From Convolutriloba macropyga (lineage: Eukaryota), in the NCBI RefSeq assembly GCF_964194025.1, contig NC_134482.1:1736001-1800000 (forward strand): a DNA stretch of 64,000 nucleotides, read 5' to 3'. Positions 13,461 through 27,300 of this stretch are shown here, one piece after another. Below the pieces are notes generated by a model. The model did no database searches, had not been told where the DNA came from, and saw only the letters and a program-made list of their open reading frames with translations. Both the position numbers and the translations under genes were made by a program. The first letter of the stretch is position 1; each line of letters starts with the position of its first letter.

Positions 13461-14504
13461 GACATTGTGAAAAATTTAACTCACCGCAAAAGGCGAGCAC
13501 ACACACAAACACAAAACAAAAATGGGTTATTTTGAACCCTAGAGCGACAACTTGCCAGCAAACCGCGAAAACCCAGTTTTTTTTCGAGTACAGAGTACTC
13601 GGCGAAAAGTAGAGAAAAGGCAGTAAGCACAAACGTGTGACACGGGAAAAAAGATGGGGCGGACGAGCATAGACACCAAACGAGCAACGAAAGACGCAAC
13701 GCAAAACGGAACGGACGGAAGAGAATTGACGGTCGAAAGGCACGCGACGAAACGGGTAGCCGGGATAGAACGGACGAGAAGCAGTTAGACACGAGCGAAG
13801 AGGCGTACGTAATTATGCTAGCAGACAACAGCAACGAACTCGATCAAGCAAACTAGCCGTAAATACAAATCAAACTCAAGTCACACCCTAGCGAACACCA
13901 CAACCAGACAGCAAAGCGCATGCTACCGAAAATTAAACCAGCTACAAAATAAAAACTAGCAAACTAGTATTGTTCAAATCGCTCAACAAACCAGCCGTTA
14001 CTACAGGAATAAACGAAATCGCACCTTAAAACGCAGCACGATTTTACAACCAACCACAATATACTAGCAGAAAAAAAACCTCAGCAAACTTACTATATCA
14101 TACCACAGATTCACAGGAAAAAGGAGGACACGACAAGAGCGGAGAGAGGAAAAGACGCAAACGGAATTAAATAAACCAGATGACTTGCAGAAAAAGGACC
14201 GTAGTGAAAAACTAAGAAACATGGAAAGAGCAAAACGGTGAGAGCGGAAGTGCTAATGAAATTGAAGGGGAAGAGTGTGGAGGTTATCTAAGATAAATGC
14301 GCGTCGGTTATAGGACTCAAGTCGCCGATCCTGGTTGGAGATCTGCAATCTACTGGAGTGGACTTCGAGATAGATGACATAAAGAACGAACAGATTGACC
14401 ACCTACGCAATGATCAGTTTGATTGCATCCGCGTCAGCGATGAGTACAAATCCGTTATTTGCTCTGTTTTCAACTCTCTCTGAGTGACAAGGGGTCCAAA
14501 CAAT

Positions 14505-14839
14505 GGTTCTAGGAGAATAGATCGAAAGACAACAGATCGAAAGCAAAAATTGGGACGATAGATCAAAAATTAAATTGTTCAAGTGGCGTATTGGCCAATC
14601 AGATTTGAGCGATCATATCTGATTTATTATACAGATTTATTGTACAGCATATAACATATTCTGTTGTGATATTTTTTTCGGTTGTGATAGATTCAGATTA
14701 AGTCTTATAGGCCGCTAAGGCATGGCCATTGCTCGCGAGGCCTGGCCATAATGTGGTAATTACAATTCAAGTTTTCGATCTATTGTCCCAATTTTTCTGT
14801 TTTCGATCTGCTGTCCTTTCGGTCTACTGTCCGGTCACC
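14505..14839. mobile_element. Non-autonomous Mutator-like (MULE) MITE
   Basis: About 70-bp imperfect TIRs (GGTTCTAGGAGAATAGATCGAAAG... / ...TTTCGGTCTACTGTCCGGTCACC) and a perfect 9-bp TSD CCAAACAAT at 14496-14504 and 14840-14848. Confidence 0.9.
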
Positions 14840-16517
14840 CCAAACAATGGAGACGAAGAAAATTTCACTGAGCTGAAGAGGTGCATGCATGACGTTACAC
14901 ACCAGTTCTCACCGCAACACCACAATAAGATTTACTAAAAGACTCTAAAAGAACCGTGCTTAAATGAGCCCTCTACAGATGCGCATGTTGCATCCAATGG
15001 AATAGTGTCTATAGCATACTTGGTTCATTTAGAGGGACAAGATGAGCCTCTTGACTCATCCAGGAAAGGGCGCAATGCCCACGCAATCAGATGAGGAGAC
15101 AAATTGACCATATAAATTTTTGACAAGCGAAAAGCAAAGTTTCGAAAGAGCGCTACTGAATGGAATAAACGGCAGACTAACCCGTAAATCGTGACTAAAG
15201 TAAGTCAGACCGCCAGTGAGCGCATGAATTTCAACATTGACGCAGAACTCGGAAACAATTAGATTATCAAAACTTTCAGTTAAATTCCACCTCCTCGAAC
15301 AAAACAACGGTTAAAAAGCGTTTTCCGACGACGCTTAGAGAGCTTTTTTCAGCGAAAAACGTGTGATTTAGGACCGGAGTTTCTTCTCATGCGATAACAC
15401 TATGGAGATAACACAATAGTTTTTTAATAAATGGATGGTAACCAGAGTACCGCGCTCGAGCTGATCGTAAATATCATGAGTCCCAATCTCGGGCAATATA
15501 TACCTTCTACATACACCTGATAAAATCCATTCACTGCAATAAGCTGCAAAGGCGTTAAAGGCTTATTACAGCGATGACGTGAATGCAACTTTTCCACTAC
15601 TTCAAGCCATATAACCAGCCAGATTTTCCCATGAAAGAAATTACCAATTTGAAATTGAGCAGTTTTCCGTATAATCACAGCAATAGAATTAAAACTCAGA
15701 CCTTACAATGCATCTCTTTTTTAAATTGGTCCTAAAACGCTTGTGGCAAGTTTTCATGGCGTAATGCAGTGAACTGGCAGCAAGGATGATTACCATAAAC
15801 TTTTTTCAGCACATATTGATTTAGCCTTGCTCAAAATCCGAACTCTACTGTCAGTTTTTTTTACTTTCGGATTTCTTTTTTAAACTATAACAATCTTCAA
15901 TAGAAATTTAAACTATAAAATCTTCAATAGTTAATAGTTTTAACAAATTTAAAAATTGTGTTAAAACTATTTCTTTTTGCAAACTTCAAAAAACTTTAAT
16001 TCAATCTAATTGACGAACTGCAAATCTAATTCAATTAGTCATTTAACCTACTTGATCAACTTTCGCAGGAATTCTTTTTTTCCATAATTGTTTTTTGTAA
16101 AATTGGTTTCCATTTGTTCATTTTTTCAATCATTTTTTTTTGCTTCGCTGATTTTAATTTGTATGAGAATACCAAGAATAGCAAAATTTACCTCAATTTG
16201 GTTAATTCTAAATTTTGACCCTAATTAGTCAATTTGTCAGAATCGACATTTTTCCAGAAAAAAAATTGTATGCAGTTGATTTTCGGTGTCCGGGGAAGTC
16301 AAAATTAACAGTTAAAAAACTAATAGAGAACAAGTGTTCTCGGGGAGGGATTGAGTTACCTATATTTGCCGGATTTATCAACATATAGCATCAAAGGAAT
16401 TAAAACTAATTGTTAATGTTTGGATGAGTCTTACAAATTTCGTTGTTGAAAATCTTTGACCAGACATTCTCGTCTAGCCAAACGTTCACTCTTGTTTAAC
16501 AGTTCTTTTTGTACTCT

Positions 16518-16871
16518 ATAGCTTCGGGGTGAATGCGGTGTAGATCATTTTTTGCACCATTTCGGTCGTTTTTAGCTGGTAGTCCTGGTGGTCAAAAGTC
16601 AAGTTTGGGAGGTTTGAGACGGCCTTGTTTTTCAGATGATTGGAAGGTATCAGAATCCGCCTTGTATATATTTGAGTCAATTGTCTGTTATGGTGACTCG
16701 GAATGGACGTATCCATTTTACATCTAAGTGACCACCTTCTCCGTGCATTGTGCAATAAAAAGTGTACTAAATCAATGGATATAGATGGTTTATAAGCTAC
16801 TTCTAGATCAACATTTTGGTTTTCGCTGCTCTCTTACACAGTTGGCTACGCGCTTCCAAACCCGAAGCTAT
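16518..16871. mobile_element. Putative MITE with short TIRs
   Basis: ATAGCTTCGGG at 16518 and its reverse complement CCCGAAGCTAT at 16861-16871; no TSD recognised. Confidence 0.45.
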
Positions 16872-17609
16872 GAATAAAATCATTTCAACAACCGACACTT
16901 CGTGGCACTGTCTGGCCCACCTTGCTGTGGCAATACCGATATGTTAAAGTTGAAATATAATTGTGCAAAATTTGACAAAAGTGCCAGCAGTTGGAAACAA
17001 AATTGAAGTTCAATAACTTCTACATACAGATGAACTTTCTTCTGGAAATTAGTTTGTTTTTTTTTTGTTTGGCGGTTGGTGGGCTTTGAAGGATGCCACT
17101 CACAACTCGCAATGATAAACATATCGATTTTGCTAAAACTGATTAAACTAAAAACACTTGAATATATAGCTACTCCCGCCTAAAAATGCGACAGGAACAA
17201 CTAGTGGACTCAATGACGCGCAATTTCGCAATGTCTCATTTGTCGAGTCACAGTTGCACAATTTCTGACTCATCCGAACTTGTTCGCGCTAAATGGCTCA
17301 GTTTCAACCAAATTCGCACAAAATTGTGCAAATTCCATTCATAATTCAATTATTGTCTCGATTGTCGAGTCATGGCTGTTTTCTGTCTGGATTACGGGGT
17401 TCGTACTTTCACCACCTCACATCGGGATAGATAATATTTACGTTGTATACGCCGGCTTCAGTAACTAAACTCAAATTTGCGTCGCTTCATTAAAATACAC
17501 AGCAACTTTAACAACAGGTGCGCAGGGAAATTTCGAAGAAAGTTTTAAGGGAGAGTAATAATGAAAAAACACAATTGTAGATGGGTCTCTTTTGGGGCGC
17601 CAAAAAATT

Positions 17610-18545
17610 AGGCAGCGCAAGAATTATAGGTGCAAAACACTCTATCGGAAGTTTCATTTCATTGACATTCGACTAATAATTCACGACGTTAAATTCAAAA
17701 GCAAATGAACAAAAAAAAACAGAAAATCTGGCATTATTTTTTGAAAGATCTTAGTCTCAGATCGATTACCGAGAAGTTTTTGAAACCTAAGAATATTAAG
17801 CCTAAAACGAGTGCAATTGATTTAGTATATTAGTAGGCTCGATGAGAATTATGTTATTTGCACTTTTTTTTAGCTTTGTACGCAAAATAGAACAGATTTT
17901 ATGTGTATTTGAGAAGCTGAGGCTTATGGGGTTAAGGAATGACGTAATAAGACTTTTTTTCGCTGCTTGTATAGCTTTAAATAGATTGCTCATTTCGCAG
18001 TAACATTATTAAAAACTTCAAAATTGTCGCCATTTTGAATAAAGGCTGCGTTTGGACCGACGAATCACTCCTACACAAAAGCCAAATTACTTGCGATTAA
18101 AATTGCAAGTCTCATTGATTTACTAGAAAACCGGAAAAATTACCAGAAATATCTATTGTGCAGCTCCGCCTCCATTTTTTACTGTAAGCAAATATCAAAT
18201 TTGCGTGAGATTCAATGAATGAAGCAAACCTATCGTAACCTGTTTCACTGAACCTTTTCATGGTCATGCCTCTCATACGCTGTGGGGCTTAATCCGGAAC
18301 TCGCGGGTCGGTTATCGCGGTGAAGCCACGACGCGCACACAGCACGCCCACAAACCCGCCAGTTAGAATATTTTTTGCTTTGCTTTTAAATTCGGCTAAT
18401 TGCGATAGCATGCTTTATCTTATTCTATTTAGTTTAACATAGTAAGCCCATGCGTGGGAAGATATTGGTCGTCTTTAAATGGTTAATAAATATCTCAGTT
18501 AGTTTTTTTTTCAAGAATAGCCGCCCCTTTTGCAAACGAGGGTCA
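17610..18545. repeat. Dispersed repeat; left part matches 5719-6090, right part (18230-18545) matches 47505-47810 and 48623-48925 in inverted orientation
   Basis: Reverse complement of 18270-18360 aligns with GGTGGGCGCGCGTGTCGAGGCCTTGCGCGATAGCCGACTCGCG...CCTACAGCGCATG. Confidence 0.7.
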
Positions 18546-18772
18546 GTTGTTGAAAAGATCCATTGTCGATTTCTACAAGAGACAAAGAAACATGTCAAAA
18601 AATTTTGTGTTCTGCACTTCCATTTTATACTCTTTGCCAAAATATCGATTTTGCGAAGATTAGATGTTTAATCTGAGCTTGCGTGTGACGAAAAAAGAGA
18701 CAAAATTAAAATTGCGTAAGAATAGGCAATTAAATCACAATTATTATTGCGTTAGTACTAACATTTCAGTAT

Positions 18773-19330
18773 GGTGCTAGGACGAAATACAATAAATCGA
18801 AAAGGAAAATTGAGACAATAGATCGAAAAGAAAAAGTATTCGGTTGCATGTTGGCCAATCAGATTTAAACACTCACGCGTAATATAGCGTATTTTTTATT
18901 CGGTCGCAATAATTTGATCGGTTAACCGAAAAAATTAATGCGACCAAATATTTAATACGCCCTATTACAAGTGAGTGCTTACATCTGATTCGCCAATATG
19001 CAATTTGAATACTTTTTATTTTCGATTGACTGAAATAAGAAGTTATTTGAGCGCTGGCTTAAAATTTCCTCTTCTGGTTATGCCTCGCGAATCATGGCCA
19101 TGCTTTAGCGGCCCGTGGAACTTGATCTGAATCTGTCACAATTATGACAAATTCATATCATGTCCCACGGGCCGCTAAAGCATGGCTATGACTCGAGAGG
19201 CATGGCCAGAAGCGTTAACTTAATGCCAACGCTAAAATAACGCCAATGAGAACAGAGATTAATTTTCGACCTTTTGTCCCAAATTTTCTGTTTTTGACAA
19301 ATTATCTTTTCGATTTACTCTCCGTTCACC
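18773..19330. mobile_element. Older MULE-type MITE of the same family as 14505-14839, with two internal palindromes
   Basis: Termini GGTGCTAGGA... and ...CTCTCCGTTCACC; degenerate 9-bp TSD TTTCAGTAT/CTTAATTAT; shares TTGGCCAATCAGATTT and GGCCGCTAA.GCATGGC with the first copy. Confidence 0.75.
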
Positions 19331-19847
19331 CTTAATTATGCATACCGATACAAATTTCGTACTGAATAGGAATCATTTCACATATATATGTTGACATGCC
19401 TTTTTATTACGTTTTTCTTTTTTGTTGTAATACTGCTACCTACAAACTACAACCACAATTCAGAAGTGACCAGGTTAAAAGTAAAAAGTTAAATCAGCAA
19501 AACTCAAGTTACTGCATAACTCTTCTTAGAAATTTATTTATCAGCACAGTGTTTTGAACTGCGAAAAAATCGACGTCTTTGGGCTAATCCTAACTCCCCA
19601 TTAGCTATAAATTTTGTTTAACGTGATTCCGTGAAATGCGTGAACGATAAATTGATTCTTCTCATGTTGGGCTTCTCTAATTCAGACAGTAATGCAAAGT
19701 TTGTGTGCTGGCAGATTTTTTCTTAGCACCAATTGTTTTTTCTGGTTCTTGGTAGTAAAACAAAATGTTTTAAATTTTCTACCGATCAAAACGGCCGAAA
19801 TCGTGAATGTGTATGAAAACTCTTAACCATTTAGGTGCTGTGTTTAG

Positions 19848-19908
19848 ATTATGTGGAAACAATGGATACATGAGGAAAAGCAAAGAGACTCGACGGCATT
19901 GGATCTTG
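19848..19908 (+). CDS. Actin-like gene small exon: IMWKQWIHEEKQRDSTALDL
   Basis: TTTAG acceptor with phase-0 start continues ...HYMK|IMWKQW, like actin DMEKIWHHTF; G|GTAGTC donor in phase 1. Confidence 0.6.
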
Positions 19909-21621
19909 GTAGTCCAGAAAACTAACTAAAAAACAATTTTTAGTAGACAAAATTGGCATCCTTTTAATTATGAGAAGGCTTTGGAGAAAATTCTTAACTA
20001 CTTTTTCCGAAAAGTAAAAAAAAACCTCAGGATCTCAGCATCAGAAAAGAGATATTTTGAAAAATTGACAAAATCTTCGGTTTCAGATTTAGTAAATGGT
20101 CATATGATTTAGTAAATGGTTCTGAAACGTAACCAACGAGGAAATTTGCGTGTTCAAACATCACGCTACAAAAACTGTTTTTTTTTTCAATTGATGCAAA
20201 TTACTGTCACACACATCAATGTTAGATTCAACAACCAGTTTCGGAGTAATAATAAACTTTGTCGATTTTAAATGCGCTAGTATGTACGGTAGATTTTTTC
20301 GTTAATTCTGTTAAGCAGGGATCCAAAATGAGTCATACAAATCAAACTTTCTGCAAATGCAATGTATCGTAAAAAAACACAACTATATGCAGCCACTGGT
20401 TCTCGGAGAACCTAGAACCTATCTGTTCTTAAGTCCTTCAGCCAAATTTACAGGTGATAATGCAGTGAAACCAAAGTTACCGACAATTTGATACGAATGA
20501 AATCAGAAAGACTGACAATACCAAAGAAAAAAACGTATGAACTTGACAGGTTTAATTGGCTAAAGGTTTTCTGGACTAGGTGCTTTCCCTGTTGTTCTCC
20601 AAAACCCACTAAGTTAGTTTTCCTTCTAAACAAGCGCAAATTCAAGCAATCTATTTAATTTTCTTGGTAATTTCAACTGAAGGCTGACTTTCAAGTAAAA
20701 GTATGCATATTAACTGTTCCCAATTCGAGGTTTTCGTATAAAATCGTTCATGCTCAAACCCTTAGGTAATATAGATAACTCTTAGATATTGGTTCGTTTA
20801 AAATAAAAGGTGGGTTCATAACTTCGTTCAAATTCACGTATGATCGGCCTTTTCTTCGTTAATTTTTCGGTGCACATGTGACTCGCTGATAAATAGTTTG
20901 TCGTTTTGGCTCAATGTTGCTTCACACAATTTCATTCAGTCACCATCACAGACTTGAAAGTTGCATTTTCTATAACTCTTAAATGTTTTATTATGTATAT
21001 GTATTCATTCCTGGTATGAACGAATTAAATAAGATCATAATTTCACGAAATATCGCCCAATACAGGCCAATTTAATGAACAAGTCGTACAGTTTTATTTT
21101 CGTTCATATATGCATAAAATAAGACCAATGTGCATCAAAATTGAACCACTTAAAATTTCATATATTCCGTAAATCTGAATGTTAGCATGCGGGGAAAACG
21201 AAACAAAATAAAACACAAAACCATATGAAAATGATCAAACCTCTTTCTGAGCCCGTTTAATTTTACTTTTTCTGTGATCAGAATTTGGCTTGTTCTATAT
21301 CAGTTCTGATCAGACTTCAGCTCGCTCTCGGAAAATTTCCTGGCAACCGTAATTTTGAACGCACTCACCCGAGTTGCGTTTTTGGTGGTCCAGTCATTAG
21401 TAATTTCGACCGATGACCTTGACTTTGGATCACCAAATTTAAATATACGTCATGTACTTGAACTTCTAAACTATAATTTTCTGAGAAACAAGTAAGTGAC
21501 GTTCCTCAGGATAGTCAGCTTTTTTGTTTACAACTTGACATATAAATCGAACTTGCAAACTCCGGTCCCAACAGGAGAGAGACTGGTGACGTGCCTAAAA
21601 ATATGCAAAGTTTCAACTTGC

Positions 21622-23636
21622 TAATATTTAGGTTTTTAACAGGCGGTAACCAAAAAATATTAATTTCTGAATCTCCGATTTGTATCCATTTCGTAATCTT
21701 TCACGTCTGAAAGGACGCCGATGATCACCAGGCTTTCAGATCAATTTTTGTTTTCTTCATGGTACAACTTTGCGACCTTATTTTTTGTTGCTGAGAAAAT
21801 TTGCACCATGCTCAAAAAATTTCGATAAATGAAAACTAATATCTAATTTCAAATAATCTTAACTTTCCCACCCAAAAACAAGTTTGCGAAGGTAGAACTA
21901 ATAATATCAGTTTCACGTTCGCAAGACCCAGGTTTTTACAACTCAAATGAAGTTGCGACACTAGGAAATATTTCGACCACAGTGACTTAACATTGCTTTG
22001 ATTTCTTTGAGATTAATTCCTCATGAAATCTGTTATTTCAGATCTAATGGAAAATTTAGTTAAACTTGGCCTTAAGACTATGACTGTCGTTTTTTTCTCA
22101 TCCAGTTAAACCAGTTGCCCCACAAAGTTCAGTTGCAAAACTTGGAAAATGCAGGTGAGCTGCAGGAAAAATACAAGAAGTTTTATAGAGGGTATTCTGT
22201 ATAAATTTTTTTGTATTTACACTGCAGCTCACCTCATATGCATTTTTTTTTGTTTTGCAACAGAACTTTGTAGGGCAACTAATTTAACTGGATATTAGGG
22301 GTTTAACTAGTATAATGAACTGGTATAAATGGATGAAATGGTAGAACTGGATGATGTATATTAGTAATATCCTTAAATAACAAACCAGAGTTCTTTCTGC
22401 TTTGATTGTCTGCAGGCCGTGTTAGAATTGAGTTTTCTACTAATCTTAAAGAGTAGAGAAGCCCCGGCTTCGAAGGGTCGTTGTTACAAGTCTATGTAAT
22501 CTTTATCGCAAGATTGCAATAACGATTACATGGATTTGCAAGAAAAACCCTTTGAAGCAGGGGCTCGTCTACTCTTTAAGATTAGCAGAAAACGATTCTA
22601 TCACGGCCTGAAGACGATCAATGTAGAATTCAATCTGATTTTGTTACCCAAGGATATTACTAAATTACATCATTCAGTTATACCATTTCACCCAGTTATG
22701 CAAGTTCATTATATCAGTTATACCCCCTAATATCCAGTTAAACCAGGTGCCTACAAAGTTCTGTTGCAAAACTTGGAAAATGCAGGTGAGCTGCAGGGTA
22801 AATTCAAATAATTTTACAGAAAATTTTTTCGAAAAAATTTTTTGTTGTTTACCCTGCAGCTCACCTGCATTTTCCAAGTTTTGCAACAGAACTTTGTAGG
22901 GCAACTGGTTTAACTGGATGATAGGGGTATAACTGGTATAACGAACTGGCATAACTGGATGAAATGGTATAACTGGATAATGTAAATTAGTAATATCCTT
23001 GGGTAACAAAAAAGATTGAATTCTGTATTGATCGTCTTCAGGCCGTGATAAATTATCAAACTTAGAAATTTTTTGGCTCAATGACAGATTCTCGGTACTG
23101 CATCAATCTTGTTTGATCTTTCTTTGACTTCTTCAGCACCCGGTTTAAATGGACGAAAAATTGAGGACAATCATAGTGTTAAGGCCGAGTTTAACTAAAT
23201 TTGTCATTAGACCTGAATTATCAGACTTGATAATGAGTTAAACTGAAAGCAGTCAAAGCAAAGTTTAGTCATTTTAGGACGAAATATTTCTCATTGTCGC
23301 AACTTCATTTGAGCAGTAAATAACTGTGTCTTGCAAACGTGAAACTCATTTAATTGGTGCTACCTTCACAAGCTCGTTTTTGGGTGGGAAAGTTAGGATT
23401 ATTCGAAGCTAGAGATTAATTATCAGTGATCGAAGTTTTTGGGCAATGGGCAAATTGCCTGAGCAACAAAAAATAAGGTCGGAAATTTGAACCATCAACA
23501 AAACAAAAACTGAGCTGAAAGCCTATAGTGATAATCGGCGTCCTTGTAGACGTGAAAGACTACGAAATGGATACAATTCGGAAACTCAGAAATATATTTT
23601 TTTGTGTGACCGGCTGTTAAGAAACTGTAAATATTA
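21622..23636. mobile_element. Fold-back structure: about 470-bp diverged inverted arms (21622-22090 and 23165-23636) enclosing serial palindromes
   Basis: TGTATCCATTTCGTAATCTTTCACGTCT vs AGACGTGAAAGACTACGAAATGGATACA, and AACTTTCCCACCCAAAAAC vs GTTTTTGGGTGGGAAAGTT; internal symmetry axes near 22200, 22510 and 22828. Confidence 0.85.
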
Positions 23637-24499
23637 CTATATTACAGACAAAAAGTAAACTGAAGTCCAAAAAAAGAAGGCAATGACTTCAATCTGAACA
23701 TCAAACATCAAAATTGCAACAAACGAGCTAAACCGGACAGAGGCACACTGCCAGTAAACTGAAAACATTTGAATATAACTGTCAATGCAGCTAATTGATG
23801 TAGAATGAACGCTGAGTCCCTTGAATTATCACAACATATTATTTTTTAACATTGATTTGAAATATTTCAGCCATCAACTTTTCTTCCATCGTTGATCGTC
23901 GCTGAAAAGTTGAACGCTTATTTTTTTTCTCCCATTTTATATTTTTTTACGGTACCGTTGATCCTTCGTAGAAATTTTGCAATAAAAACGACAAAATTAT
24001 GTCAGGATTAAAAATATACTCAGAAACGAAATTTGCTCAAAATTTTCCTGAGTTCTTAAGTTTAAACCAGTTTTTCGCTTCTTTTTTTTCCATTAGTGAA
24101 GCGCTTGTATCAATCAGTTTTTCAGTGTCAAAATTTGGCACTGATCTATGCTTTTTGCTTTTTTGTATAGTGTATCATTGGAAAGTGCCCTTTTTGCACC
24201 ATCGGTATGCTGAGTAAAGAGAAAAGGTGACGTGAGAGGAGATCGAAATCCAGATATCGTTGCTACAACAATTACGGTGAACATTCCAAACTTTTAATGG
24301 TTGTTACTCGTAACTCCCCCCCCCCCCCGGGGCTGAAGAAATCAAGTAAGATCAAGACAAGATTGAAGCAGTACCAAGAATCTGTCATTGAGCCAAGAAA
24401 CTCCAAGTTTGTGAACCTTCAGAAACGGTAAAACCAATTAAAACATTGCAACATAACAATTAGTTTCGACCAAAATTGTTTATTGGCAAAAGCAAGTGA

Positions 24500-27300
24500 A
24501 GGAAACTAAAATTAACAATAAAGTAAAAAGCAAAAAAAAAAATACAGGAAAGAACATTAACTGATGCTAGAAAATCAAATCAACCCAAAGAAACAATCTA
24601 TCGGTAATAAAATAAAATACAGACAAGGAGGCTTGTTAATGTGCATTGGCACATAATGTTTCGACCTGAGTTCATCTACATTTTTGACTTAGTTGTCAAC
24701 CAAATGAAGAGATAATCAAAAATAGATAAATGTCGTAAAAAACCGTTACAAAACGAAACTACTAATTGGATTACATAATGCAGTGCCTCATTGCCGCACT
24801 CACGAGATCGCCATTAAAAAGACGAGAAGAAAAACCAAGAACAAAATTTAAAAGCATATGGTAACAACATCAGAATTCAATCAGACAAAACTTTAAGTTC
24901 ACAAATTTACTTTTTTTTAACTACACAGCAGATAAGACTTTTTCTAAGTGAGAATAGTTAACAAGTAGACAGAAAAAAGAAAAAATCAGGCGAAACTCAA
25001 TCGTCATAAATTCAAACGTCTCAAAAATTATTAGCTCTTAACCAAAAAATTTTTTGAAAACTTCAATGAAAAGTCATTACAGAACAAAAAAACTTGTCAT
25101 TGGTTAGACTAAGCCATAGAAATGACTAAAAGTGCAGAAAAACTCAAAATATTACAAAACAATTTGCGAAAGAACATTTTTCCGAAGCCATTAAAATCAT
25201 TAACTATTATCTATATATGTTTTTTTAATTCAATTGTTATTTAAACTCTTTCAACTAGAGTTATACTGAAAGAAGAAAAAATTTTTCTGGAGCCTATTTT
25301 GAAAATCATTGGGATCGGTTAATACATGAATGTGCCAAAAGAAGAGAAAAAGAAACACACATATTGACACCGTACAAAAATTTTATGAAATCGCATATTG
25401 TCCAAAAAACAAAACATCAGTTACGACATAATCTTACCAGACACCTTTATGTTGTGATTACGAGGAATTGAATGAGACCTTTCAATGATGAGGATAAGTT
25501 GCAATTTGACGAAAAGGGCAACAAAAACTCAGAAATTTAAATTTTTTTTTGAACACGAAAATATCATAAACTTTAAGACTAATTGCCGTTAATTGACTGC
25601 ATTGAGTAAGATCACTCACTCAATCCCCAACTAGAAGCTTATGAGACCTCTCACCAAAATACAAATACATAAAAAAACAGGCCAAAATAGCAAATTCAAA
25701 AAAACTTGAGAGATAAAAAAGTCGAAGCCACTAAAAGTTGTTTTTCCTTTTTCAAAGGATAATTATTTATTTAATTTTTTAATAACAGTGTTCTTCTTCT
25801 TTTTCAAAAAAAATATATAAGATCGAAAAGTCAGCAAAAATGAACAAATACATTAATATGAGGAAATTTTTGAGAAAGCCCGTAGTATCAACGCCAGATC
25901 AATAGCTTTCAACGGAAGTCAGTAAACATGACAAATTATGCCTCCATGTGGGGGACAATGATTTTTTTTTCAAAACTCATCAATAAGACATAAGTCTCAT
26001 GACTATGAAATCAACATCAAATACAGGCAAAACCCAAACGTTCATTAGAAAAGTGCGAGAAGAAAGTTTCCAAGCCATTTGAACCTTAAACTTTTCTTTG
26101 AAAACTTTATCTTTATCCGTTTAACGTCTTCTTTAAGCCAATGTGAACTATAAATCTTAAGATAATGCGATAAGATTTTAAAAGGAACCAAAATTTGAAA
26201 AAAAGTAATGAAAAACTTAAAGAAATATATGAAAACTCCTTGCATCGAAGTCATGAAACCAAAAGTTAGAGGATAAAACCGCTAGCCAGATTAATATTGG
26301 TTGCAGTAGAAGGCAAGAGGGTCCTGTCATTTCTGAGACTGACATTACGTTAACAAAAAGACTTAAGAAAAAATTTAAGTGAGTAATCACAAAAAAAATT
26401 AGTCAATGATTTCATGCCATAGGACTACAATATCTACCAGAATCTCAAAAAGAAATTCAATTGTTCATCAAAAATCAAAAAAACTCAGTCAAAAGCCAAA
26501 AAAACATATGTGAATACTTGAAAACGATTCTTGTGTTCATTCAGGCATCCTTTAGCTGAAAATGGGGTTTGTCATTAACGGACTAAAGGGCTTAAACAAT
26601 ATGAAAAGTTTACAGCTCTCAAATAGAATTCGATTTTTTCTCTTATAGTAAACTTCCCAATGAGACGACAACTGGCCTTTTATCATCTTTCGTCTATTAG
26701 GAACACAAAATTGATTCATTTTGCAGAGTAAAGTGTAATTTTGAATTAATCTTTTTGCAAAAAAAAAATCTTGATTTGCACCAAAATTACTCTGAAGGTG
26801 AAGAAAATCATGCCAAATATCCAGTGTTGACACAAATTTTTAATCCTCGATAGCTCCTCAAAAAAAAAAACGAAATTTAAAAAATCTATTTAGTTTTAAA
26901 TTTTATGCTGGACGAGCGTTTCAATGATACCACTCACATTTCTCTACGATGAATATATCGATCGGCCAAAGTTGACTGAACAAAAAAAGAAACCCATTTA
27001 AGTATATAGATCCTGCCCCCATAAGTGGGGTTGGTGCAAAAAATAACAATATTGGACCAACCTAATCAGAAAACTAAATCTAACTTCTCCCGTCAGCCTT
27101 ATAACAGTACATAAATGTATAAGCGTTCTAAGTTCTACCAATTGAAGAGAATAGTTTACTCTAAAAACATCTTTAAATCCTTATGAGAAACATGATATAG
27201 GGGACTTGATTATCTGCAGGTAAAATTGGTTAAAATCAACAAATTAGGCTCTCAATAAAAGAGACACGTGAAAACAACAAACTCAAAATCTTGTAGAAAT
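24500..27300 (+). mobile_element. Possible highly decayed LINE ORF2 remnant
   Basis: Strong A-rich strand bias and faint, colinear traces of LINE ORF2 motifs (LKDKKS-like ~25705, RPIS-like ~25895, EYL-like ~26512); no intact ORF; boundaries approximate. Confidence 0.35.

Noticed and set aside
13454-14488. 5' LTR (TGT...ACA, 13466-14488) with a tRNA-Ser-like PBS TGTCATGACCA for the BEL element
   Set aside because: It does not match the sequence after the 3' purine tract at ~6105, the PBS-like word overlaps the probable gag ATG, and a reading frame runs across 14488.
22530-23081. ORFs inside the fold-back region
   Set aside because: Mirror-image peptides on both strands arise from the palindromes.
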